A stretch of DNA of 49,519 nt. It comes from Alloascoidea hylecoeti (taxonomy: Eukaryota). The position numbers and the translations under genes are program-made. Location: NCBI GenBank assembly GCA_001600815.1, contig BCKZ01000027.1, positions 62,001 through 111,519 on the forward strand, in the 5' to 3' direction. How positions within the stretch are numbered: the first letter of the stretch is position 1; each line of letters begins with the position of its first letter. Below are positions 35,410 to 45,901 of this stretch, piece by piece. The notes beneath the pieces are model-generated. The model was not told where the DNA came from and ran no database searches. It worked only from the letters and a program-made list of their open reading frames with translations.

Positions 35410-37964
35410 ATGGAACGTAGTACAATATTTAACCTTCAAATGGAATCAGACTTTAGTTCACATTCTTCATTATTTGATAATAATTCAAATAATCATGAAA
35501 ATAAAGAGTTTAATTCAAGAATTCCAACACCATTAACGATATCAAGAAAATCTTCAATTCCTATTTTAAGCCATAATAATTCTATCAATACTTTTAGAAT
35601 ACTATCTGATAAAGATGTTATAAATAATAGAGAAATTATTAAACCGCATTCTCCAATGTCAAGGATACGAAAACCAACTAAAAATTTTAAAATGCAAACA
35701 TTTGATAATGAAAAGGAAAACATGATTCTTCAATCAACTCCAGTTAAGACACATTCACCAATTAAAATCAATCAAACAGAAAGGAGATATTCTAATATTA
35801 AAACTGGATTTCCTATAAAGAGAAATGCAAGCTCAATTTCACAGGCTAGAGAGATACGCTCTATTCCGAAAACTCGTTCTGTATCTGCTACTGACAGTAG
35901 AGCCAATGTGGTATTAACAGAAAGAATGGCATTACTGGAATCCGAACAAAGAAGTATATTATCAAAGATGGAGAAAAATGAGGAGGACGGTACTAAAATA
36001 ATACATGAACTTAAAGCTAAGATAATAACTGAGGAAACAGAAAGATCCGCTCTTAATTTTAAGAATCAACAACTTGAAGATAAAATGTTTAAGCTAAAGA
36101 GAGATTTAAGCTCGTATAAATCAACAATTGAATCAGAGACAACAAAATCTCAACATGTAGAAGGTGAAATTTCAAATGAATATAATCTTAGACTTCAGGA
36201 AATAGCTTGGGAACATCAACAAAAAATGGATGAAGCTATTAGAAATCATCAAGCTAAGAAAACTGCAATTATATCTGCTCGTACAAAACATCTTGAAGAG
36301 TATACAAATAAATTAAAGACTAAACTTAGATCATTACAAGAAAATCTTCTATCGATGAAAGATAATTATGAGAATCAACTTATAACTGATAGACAAGAAC
36401 ATGAATCATCAATGGCAGATTTAAGAAAATCATTTTCTTCTAATAAAGCTTCACTAAAAGAAGAATGTGATGAAATTGATGAAAAGATTTTTAAAGCAAC
36501 AAATGAAAATTCTCTTCTTTTGTCGTTAATAGGAGAACAGAATCAAAGAAATGATACATTAAAAGCAACTTTATTAGAGAAAGAAAAGACCTTAGAACAA
36601 ATAAATTTTGGATCTGATGATTTAAGAAATAAAATGAAAAGTTTTGAAAAATCTATAATAGATAAAGATGCTAAAATTGAAGAGATGGAGAAATATATAA
36701 TATCAACTTCAAAAGAGAAAGAAGTTACAAAATCAAATTTATCTTCAGAAGAAACTGTTCGAAGGTATCTTCATAATAGAGTCCAAGAATTAAAAGGAAA
36801 TATTCGAGTTTTCTCAAGAGTTAGACCACCATCAGAAGAAGAAAAGAATAGTGGTGTTGTTCAAATGGAATTTCCAGATCAAGATGATGAAGGACAAGAA
36901 TTATCAATAAAAGTACAACAAACAGAAAGAATAGGTAGACAAAATGCAGCTTCTGATAAATTATATAAATTTTCATTCGATAAAGCATTTTCAATGGATT
37001 CTACGAATGAGGAAATTTTTGGTGAAATTTCTCAACTTGTTCAAAGTGCACTTGATGGATATAATGTTTGTATATTTGCATATGGTCAAACAGGTTCAGG
37101 TAAAACTTATACAATGTCTTCAGATAATGGAATGATTCCAAAAACTGTAAGGCAGATTTTTGAAGCTTCTGAAAATTTAAAAGAAAAAGGGTGGAAATAT
37201 GAATTTGAAGGTCAATTTTTAGAGATTTATAATGAAAATATCAATGATTTACTTGGAAATCCAAATGAAATAGATAAATCAAAGCATGAGATCAAACATA
37301 ACATGAAGGATCAAAAGACTATTGTTACTGGATTGGTTTCAGTACCATTAAATTCACCAGAGAAGTTGGATTCTCTTCTTGCAAACGCTTCTAAAAATCG
37401 ATCGGTTGCTGCAACTCAAGCAAATGAAAGATCATCTCGTTCACATAGTGTTTTTATGCTTAAACTAAGAGGTTCTAAGAGTACAACAGGTGAAGTCTGT
37501 GAAGGACAGTTAAATCTTATTGATTTAGCAGGTTCAGAAAGGCTTTCTCATTCACAAGCTACAGGTGATAGATTAAAAGAAACAAGAGCAATAAATAAAA
37601 GTTTAAGTTGTTTAGGAGATGTCATTTATGCCCTTGGATCTAAGGATTTATCGCATGTTCCATACAGAAATTCAAAAGTAAGTATATCATTGACTTATCA
37701 TAATCATCTAGTTTTTTTTACTAACATTTCATTAATTCAAGCTGACATATTTGTTGCAATATTCTTTGGGAGGAAATTCTAAAACGTTAATGTTTGTTAA
37801 CATATCGCCTTCAGCTCAGCATTTGAATGAAACTCTAAACTCTCTTAGATTTGCTACCAAGGTAAGTTCTTTCACAAGAAAAGTTATAAACATATATAAA
37901 CTAACAGAGTGTTTAATAGGTTAATAATACAAAAATCGGAACAGCAAAGAAGAATGAATGTTGA
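35410..37964 (+). CDS. KAR3: Kinesin-14 minus-end motor Kar3 (3 exons, ~810 aa)
   Basis: Exons 35410-37677, 37742-37861, 37920-37964. Coiled-coil stalk, neck [83 protein letters not shown]. Confidence 0.95.
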
Positions 37965-38204
37965 ATAGTCAGTTTATACTTGACATGGCATACCAGACGA
38001 TATCTTACTTAATGAACATGGAAACAAATACATAATACCCTGCTATTTTCTTGCTTCTGGGTGACATTAATATTACAATAAATAACTCGTATGTTTTCGA
38101 TTTATTTTATATGGCTATATATAGTATAAAATTTAATGCAGATGGTAATATGTGAATTGAAAAGTAAACCGCCCACAAACTAGTTGGCTATAATACAAAA
38201 TTTA

Positions 38205-40826
38205 CTAAAGTGCAAGCAGCTGTAAATCACCTTTACCTTCAATCTTTTCTGCACACTCCAATCTTAACGTCCGTGGTTCAGACCATGTATCTGTTTCATC
38301 AATGACAAATTCTTTAAGCTTGCCACCTTCTTTTAGTTGGTCCCAAATCTGAGGATAATTCGTTGTTGCCCAATCTTCAACTAATAACTTTTCAGTTTTT
38401 GTCATTGTCCAGTTATATAATGCTTCAATTATCCTTGAGTCTGGTTTGATTCCGTTTTCTTCTTCCATTTCTCTAGCTGTTATAAGTGCACCCAAGTATT
38501 CACCATGGTAGCATTGTCCAACGATTAATTGACGATAATTGTCAATATCAGGAGTAATATCATATATAGGTATGGTTTCCCACATAGTATGAAGGCGGCT
38601 AAGGGATACTCTGGTTCGTGCTTTTAACATTAATGTAATGCTTTCGTTATTCACAAGATTACTAACCGCCATTTTATCAAATAAATGTTCCATATTCCAA
38701 ACCTCTTTAAGATCACAGTATGCAGAAAGAATAGCATTCATTACTTCCGAAGTTTCCTCAACAGCTACATCAACTTTAAACTGATGATGTAAGGCATAGA
38801 CACCCATATGAAATTCTTGTTTTCCAAATTCTTGAAATAAAAAGGTATACATTTTTTCATCAGGAGCTGATTGGCCCCAATCTGTATAAAGTTCTCGAAC
38901 TCTTTCAAATGTGACCATTGCTGCTTCAGGTTTTCCAAATCGACAACATTGTTTCATAATTGGTAAAAATGATTCATATGGAACAACTTCAAAATGATTT
39001 ATAACATCAACATAAACAGCCCAAAATTCATCAAAAATTTTCATTGTTAAAATACTATCGAAATAAACTTTAAATGTTTTTGGATAATCACGCCAATCAA
39101 CCCTTTCTTTCATTTCTTCTTTGAGAAGATCGGGAAGATCAAGATATCTTTCATCTTCAACTAATAATTTTGCATAAGAAGCAGTGACATTATCACCAGT
39201 TGATTCAGTAAACATTTTTAATTTATTATACCATTCTTGAGCTTCATTTGCATCTATTCTTCCATCTGAACATAATGAAACGTAAAAATCACGTAAAATA
39301 TTCATATTTGAATCATTCCAATCAACTCCTTCTTGAATACTTTCATTAACTAAATCTTTAGCTAATTTAAAATCATTATGTGATAAAGCATACTTTATTA
39401 AAATGTTAAAAGATTCATCATCTCTATCAATACAATAAAATTTCGCTCTACCACTTAATTTTTCAATATATGATGGAGGTTTATTACTAGTACATGCTGT
39501 ATCTAATAATCGATTATAAGTGAAAAGATCAATGATTAATTCAGTATCATCCATTTTTTGTAGAAATTGGTTTACACCTTCATATTCAGGAACAACATGA
39601 ACAGTTAATTGACCTAAAGTATCCCATAAATCTTGTGAATTATTTGTAAGTTGATTAATATACTTTGATAATTTTTCTAATAATTCTTTACCTAAAGTTA
39701 ATGATACACCAAATTTAATATATAATAAAATTGATACTCTTAATATATCTTCAGGAATTAGATTTAATGATAAATCAGATTTTAAGATTGGTGTTATAAT
39801 TAATCTTAAAATTGTTTCACCTGTTATTTTCATATTATAATTAATTGTAAAATCAATTAAATCAATTATTGTATCTTTATTTAAATTTAAATTTTCAATG
39901 TCATTGGCATTATGAATTTGATTTTTAGAATTTGATACTATATCTTCTATTATTTTTGATAAATCAAAGTCCGTCGTTCCTTTATCAATTGTTTCTAATT
40001 TACCACTACCTAATTTTGAGATTAAAATATTGATCAATTTTGAATAGAAATTTTTGGACATTATATATCCTTTTTCTGATGTTAAATTGAATAAATAAGT
40101 TATTAATGACATTCTTGGATTTGATGGTATAACATTAATAATTGATTCTATTGCTTCTTTTGAAATTTGTGGACTTTCGGAAATAAATAAATTAATATCA
40201 TCAATGATTTTTTTTGATGGCTTTGAAGATAATAAAGAATATTTTATAAATAATACAAAAGAATCAATAGCTATTCCATCAGATAATGACCATTTAAGCA
40301 ATGCTTCATATATATCACCGATAAAAGAATAATTTTGTACATCTTCTTTTGTTGAACCATTCATTATTGATTTAAATATTAAATATAATTCTTGACTTGT
40401 TAATTCATTAGTTGGTATTAAACGTCTAACAGCTTTTTGAACTAAAGGATATAAATTTGGATCCAATGCATTGTTTGGTGAAGCAAAAACCAGATCGAGT
40501 AATAATTTTTTAGTATCATCAAGTTTTCCATTAATTTGAATATTCCGATTCAGTTCAATTCTTATGTCATCCTCTCCTTCACGGTCGATTTCGATATCAC
40601 TGATATTTTTAGTATCAATCTCATTCTCTACAATCTCAATTGGCTTTCTAAAAATAGATCTGGGAGACCACGAATATGACCTTATCTGTTTAGCTTCACA
40701 TACATAAATATGATGAGTTTTTGAATGGAGATGTAATAAAGAATTATGTATTAGTCTGCTTCTATTAATTTGTAGCCCATTTTTAAAAGATGCTATCAAA
40801 CCCCGATCTCTAACTATACGATTCAT
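38205..40826 (-). CDS. Mitochondrial pentatricopeptide-repeat protein, most like complex I assembly factor CIA84
   Basis: 873 aa with basic presequence and PPR-like helices (PDEKMYTFLFQEFG, VMNAILSAYCDL, PDIDNYRQLIVGQC). C-terminal LYN...VEDWATTNYPQIWDQL recalls CIA84 homologues; a CCM1-type identity is not excluded. Confidence 0.65.
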   Translation of the reverse strand: MNRIVRDRGLIASFKNGLQINRSRLIHNSLLHLHSKTHHIYVCEAKQIRSYSWSPRSIFRKPIEIVENEIDTKNISDIEIDREGEDDIRIELNRNIQINGKLDDTKKLLLDLVFASPNNALDPNLYPLVQKAVRRLIPTNELTSQELYLIFKSIMNGSTKEDVQNYSFIGDIYEALLKWSLSDGIAIDSFVLFIKYSLLSSKPSKKIIDDINLFISESPQISKEAIESIINVIPSNPRMSLITYLFNLTSEKGYIMSKNFYSKLINILISKLGSGKLETIDKGTTDFDLSKIIEDIVSNSKNQIHNANDIENLNLNKDTIIDLIDFTINYNMKITGETILRLIITPILKSDLSLNLIPEDILRVSILLYIKFGVSLTLGKELLEKLSKYINQLTNNSQDLWDTLGQLTVHVVPEYEGVNQFLQKMDDTELIIDLFTYNRLLDTACTSNKPPSYIEKLSGRAKFYCIDRDDESFNILIKYALSHNDFKLAKDLVNESIQEGVDWNDSNMNILRDFYVSLCSDGRIDANEAQEWYNKLKMFTESTGDNVTASYAKLLVEDERYLDLPDLLKEEMKERVDWRDYPKTFKVYFDSILTMKIFDEFWAVYVDVINHFEVVPYESFLPIMKQCCRFGKPEAAMVTFERVRELYTDWGQSAPDEKMYTFLFQEFGKQEFHMGVYALHHQFKVDVAVEETSEVMNAILSAYCDLKEVWNMEHLFDKMAVSNLVNNESITLMLKARTRVSLSRLHTMWETIPIYDITPDIDNYRQLIVGQCYHGEYLGALITAREMEEENGIKPDSRIIEALYNWTMTKTEKLLVEDWATTNYPQIWDQLKEGGKLKEFVIDETDTWSEPRTLRLECAEKIEGKGDLQLLAL

Positions 40827-40942
40827 TATATTCTGAATGAAAAAATCAAATGCAATGCTTTTGGAGGGTTTGTCCTAAAACATATATTTCTTTAATTATT
40901 AAAAGATTTTGATTGGAAGTTGAAACTTTTCAGAATGTTGGG

Positions 40943-40950
40943 CCGGGTAA
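40943..40950 (-). promoter_or_regulatory. Reb1-type site (CCGGGTAA) upstream of the PPR gene
   Basis: Exact consensus ~115 bp upstream of the ATG. Confidence 0.5.
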
Positions 40951-42160
40951 CATGGTAATTTAATATTTTTTTGATTCTAATTTATCACCTCCAAATACTG
41001 AACTGTCAAATATTCTTGTAAATTCAAAATGAAAAGGTATAAATGAACGTAAACAGAAACGAAGTTTGGAAACATAAAGATATTGTCCAAGTACAAGGTT
41101 ATAATTATAGCTAGAATAATGCCATAATATGAAACCTTCAAGTATATATAAATAAGATAATTATCTCTGCCTCAAACCTCAAACAATATGTTAGATTATT
41201 CCTAAGCTTCATGTAGAAATTAAAAATGAGATTTACATGTGTGACTAGATGCTACTACAACTTATAAATTTGTTTTCACTATGAAAAACATGTAAAATAT
41301 AAACATAAAACCTCTATTAGAGGACCAATTCTCAGGGAAATATTACTAAACAAAATATAGATCACTAGAGACGATTCTAGTACTAATTGCGAGTTGGCGT
41401 AAGTGGCTCGTTAGTTCATGAACATCTTAAGCTTTTAATATAATAATGATGCCGTTGATGAACAATTCATGCAGGTATGCAGTTTTAGTTGGAAGAAGAA
41501 ATCTCCATTATTACAGTATTGGCATGGACATGAATTCTTATTTAAAAGATATGTTTACGCAATCATTGTACTATCAATAAAAAAATGGCTAGCAACTCCT
41601 ACTAATATAAACAATAGAAGATACCTTTGCGACTTCCTCATTTTAAATTTTTTTGTTACTGCAGGATCTAATGACAACCATAATTGTCTCCAACAATATG
41701 GTTATAATAGGTGCTCAAATGAAAAAACACCCAGGCCAAAGTTTTGACAATGTATTAGGGTAAAGACATAGGGTATAATTATTGGGATTAAACGAATACA
41801 TCAGGGTTTAATTGTTGACATTTGGGTCCACTTTGAATTAACGTAAATGAGGACAGTTGAAATGTTACTAAAATCTACAATTTTAACATAATAATGGCTA
41901 TGGTATTAATATTAGGTATGCAAAAAGGGGATGGTATGATTATCGTAAAAGGAATATATATGTTGACAGTATTGAGACATTTAAACCAAACCTTTTCTTC
42001 ATGACAAAATCTAAAAGTAGCCATCTTTCTCCAAAATTAAAGGGTAATAATAAAAGCGTATCATATAACTTATAATTTGTAGATTCACCATACCGTATTT
42101 ATAAGTCCAATTGCAAAAAGCACAATTTGAGGGATATTTGTACCATTAATCTTTCGCATT

Positions 42161-42563
42161 TCATGAATCGTGGTTATTAGGACCAAAATAATAGGCTATT
42201 TCGCGTTCCAGCATATGCATATTCCATAGTAGGTATCTAGTGGCATATGCCTCCATGATAATCAACATAGCGGCTTCAAGATTATCGTCAAGTTTCAACT
42301 TTCTCATAAAATCCAATACTCGATGGCCAATAACATCTGGTAACAAGTTACAAACAGTTAAGATGTGAAGGATCCAAAGGTGTATTGAAAATAAAAAAAT
42401 ATATAGTTAGAGTCAAGGGGTTTATCGCCAATCCTAAACAAATGAGACAATATGCTATTACATATCCACTAACTACCCTAAGATCTAATTCTGAGTGTGA
42501 ACCAGACGATTCAGATTGAGATGTCTGATTGTTATTTATAGGGGAGCTCTCAGAAGTTGACAT
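42161..42563 (-). pseudogene. Orphan small membrane protein, copy A (one frameshift in an A/T run near 42390; ~134 aa if repaired)
   Basis: ORFs 42563-42348 and 42346-42161 join through the frame SIHLWILHILTVCNLLPDV, which aligns with copy B AIFYLTLYILTTWRLFPDS. The frameshift may be a homopolymer error. Confidence 0.65.
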
Positions 42564-44016
42564 ATTGGAATATTAAAAGATGAGATGAGATGGTTTAAAT
42601 ATTGTTGTTGGTATCTCATACCAGCAATGTTTCTATATTTAAGTAAATAGCCATTCAGCATACCACTCATAACTCAAACAAAAACATTTCAATCATTTAT
42701 CAAAGTCAATCCTCAAATTTAAGTACAAAAATCTAATATTGGCTCATCAAAGTTTGTTGATTTAATTAGGGGAGTTAATCTTATACAAATGGTACCTTAG
42801 AAGTTTATACAAAAACATCACAATGCAAAGATAATAGTCACTCTACTTCTTTAACTTGGTACTTTAAATTCTTGGATGGGAATAATTTTGTTATATACAT
42901 GGAAGATTAAAATATGGATGCTGGTCGGTTCGTGTGGAGGATGAAACAAAGGGGTACAGCTACAGGAAGGGTGATACAGAAGAAAGCTTGGGGAAAGTCA
43001 ACGGAACAAACTTATTAGAGGGAGTGATATCTCAATCATTGCTTAGAAATACGCAAAATGAAGAATACAGAGATACATATTTGCGAGTTGGTGTAAGTGG
43101 CTCTTTAAATAATGGATATCCTAGATGTCATGAGGAACTAATGAAGCTTGCAGGTATGCAGTTTTGGTTACAAGAAGAAATCTCTATTATTATAGACATG
43201 GAAGTGAGATATATTATATTCAAAAAGATTACTAAGGATGTCTACAATTAATGTGCTCTATATCAAAGGAAATTAGGTTTGCAATTAGGTTTTCAAATAT
43301 AGATAATAGAAGGTACTTTAAAGAGATGAGTATGCACGATCCTGACAAACATTAATATTAACTATAACTATGAAAAAAATTCAAGTCAAAGCTTTAATAA
43401 TGTATCGTTGTAAAGGCAAAGGGTATAATAATAAAACTCGAAATTAACCAATATGTAAGCCATTGTAAGGGTTTAATTGTTGACATTTTGGGTATATTTA
43501 AATGTTTGAATTGACATAAATGAGGGCTGTTGAAATATACAATCTACAATTTTAACATGATAATGGGCATGGTATTAATATTAGGTATGCTAACAAGCCG
43601 AATGTTATAATGATAGTGAAGAAAATATATATGTCGACAATACACTGTATTGAGACACTAGAACCATATTTTTAATGAAAAGAAGCAGCCATCCTTTCTC
43701 TAAAAATAGGGAGTATATGCGTAAAATCTGTAGATCCAAACCATTACCATTCTTATGTTCAATTGCAAAAAGTAGCAATATTTTCATCTTTAGTATTCGC
43801 CAAAAAGAACTAAAAATGGTTTTGTATATATCAGGTCCAAATTATATCATATATTACCATGCATACGATATTTTTGCTTGTGAAAAGTAGCCAAGAAAAA
43901 AAAAAAAAAGTGGAGTTGAATAGTAAATAATTTGCGGGATATCTGTACTATGTATAAATCGTTGGCATCTCATGAATGATGGCACTTGCCGCCATGTACC
44001 AATTAGGCTAGCCTAT

Positions 44017-44352
44017 TCACCTCAAATACCACTTTGCTACACTAACCAACATAGCGGCTGAAAACTTATAGTCAAACCTCACCTTTCTCAAAAATGCCAC
44101 TATATTATGGTGAATACTATCAGGAAACAACCTCCAAGTAGTGAGAATGTAAAGTGTCAAATAGAAAATTGCAGATGTTGAGTAGAAAGTAGTAGTAATC
44201 AAGGGGTATATCGACCCGTAAGAAAGGAGAAGTAATTTTAATAAATATCCAAAAACTATCATAATATCCATTTCCGACGCTGAGAGTAAGGGAGATGATT
44301 CAGATTGAGAGGTCTCAGAATTATTTGAAGGGGAGCTCTCAGAAGTTGGCAT
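44017..44352 (-). CDS. Orphan small membrane protein, copy B (111 aa; TGA where copy A has TGG)
   Basis: MPTSESSPSNNSETSQSESS matches copy A MSTSESSPINNNQTSQSESS; two hydrophobic segments. A homologous tail ending CATTCATGA survives to 43970. Confidence 0.6.
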   Translation of the reverse strand: MPTSESSPSNNSETSQSESSPLLSASEMDIMIVFGYLLKLLLLSYGSIYPLITTTFYSTSAIFYLTLYILTTWRLFPDSIHHNIVAFLRKVRFDYKFSAAMLVSVAKWYLR

Positions 44353-45901
44353 ATTGGAATAATAAAAGATGAGATGAGATGAGATGAGATGGTTTAAATA
44401 TTGTTGTTAGTATATCTCATACCAGTCTTGTTTAATTTAAGTAAATAGCCATTCATAACTCAAACAAAAACATTTTAATCAGTTAACAAAGTCAATCCTC
44501 AAAATTAAGTACAATATTTGACTTTGGTTCATCAAATTTTGTTGATTTAATTAGGATAGCTAACCTTATGAAAATGGTGTATTAAAAGTTTATACCAAAT
44601 CAGGATGAATACTGATGATATTGATACTAAATATAAACGTTTCAAATAAAAATTGGCGTACAAATGTTATTGATATTTTTGATTAACCAATAGATCATGA
44701 TTAATGGGATACTTCTTCAATGTTGCAATTGGGAAATATCCAACCCGATAGAGTTTGACTTACTAGTACTTAAAAGTGAAGCTATGAGACATTTACATAT
44801 ACTAGATAGACAGTGTATAAGCTATATAATCTAATTTTGCAAAGTGTAATGATTTATTTTCTCTATTCTATAAGAATATGCAGTCAGTATTTCCTTAAAT
44901 TAGTTATTTAAATTAAATTACATGAATTTGAATAATGAAAAAAAAGGAAAAGGAAAGATAAAAACTATGAAAGATATTTAATCAAGTGAACCTCACTCTT
45001 TTGAAAAGGGGGATTTCCAATGGTCTTGATTTGGCTTGGAGTTTGAGTTATTCTTTACTAATTCTTCATCTTTACTTAAAATAAATTTGGGTGTGCTAAT
45101 ATTTAAGAAACTTCGTCTGCATTCTAAAATTATATATATCCATTTTGGGATTTCACATATGAACCGTTCCTTTTGTAATACGAAAATAATGATCACTTTA
45201 CTTCTTTAACTTGGTACTTTAAGCTCTTGGATAGAAATAATACTGCTATTTTGTATGCATATGGTAAATATAATAGGTTCCCAAATGAAAAAAAACCCAA
45301 GTCAAAGTTTTGATAATGTATTAAGGTGAATAGGGTATAATTATCGAGATTAAACGAATATGTAAGGGTTAAAGTTTAACTATTGACATTTGGGTTAAAT
45401 GTTGAACCACACATTTGATTTAACATAAATAAGGGTACTAACCTGGAATTATACGTACTATCCGGAAGTTTACATGTTTCCTTCCGGGTGAATACAAAAA
45501 AATAAATATTAAAACATGAATTTCTCTGAAATACGAGAGGGAATACCATATGAAAATTGAAAATAAGAAAGATTGAAGTAAGAGGATTGTGGTTGTAAAT
45601 TTTTAAAAGAGGCTGAGAGTTGAAAGTGGGGAAAAATGGATTTGTAGAGTTGATTTCTTATACTAGTTAGGCAATATAGTGAAAATCTCATGGTCCTATT
45701 TTAGATCAAGCAACATGGTATTATCATCAATATTGGTATACCAGTGGTCTTTGACTTCTTATAATAATAAACACTGATTTTATTTGCAGGCAGTGCCAAA
45801 TGCGGAAATGTCNGGCTTCTAGATTAGGAATTCAAAGCATTATAAACACATCTAGCCTACTCACAACACAGACATATTTCAAGTTTTCAATTATAACTAT
45901 C

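Larger units (their letters stand above)
41380..45440. repeat. Diverged tandem duplication, unit ~1.7-1.8 kb (A ~41380-42825, B ~42838-44600, partial C ~45190-45440)
   Basis: Shared blocks: TTGCGAGTTGGYGTAAGTGGCTC (41387/43081); TGCAGGTATGCAGTTTT (41470/43150); AGGGTTTAATTGTTGACATTT (A/B, variant in C); GGGGAGCTCTCAGAAGTTG plus ~250 bp of upstream sequence (42541/44330); TACTTCTTTAACTTGGTACTTTAA (42844/45199). Confidence 0.92.

Noticed and set aside
4228..37135. Numerous 60-100 aa antisense or alternative-frame ORFs (e.g. 4228, 5957, 7114, 9427, 21855, 28961, 33569, 34691, 35493, 36944)
   Set aside because: Shadows of well-supported genes, arising from codon bias.
42934..43251. 105-aa GTG-start ORF inside repeat unit B
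   Set aside because: The homologous stretch in unit A has indels and does not keep the frame; no motif recognised.
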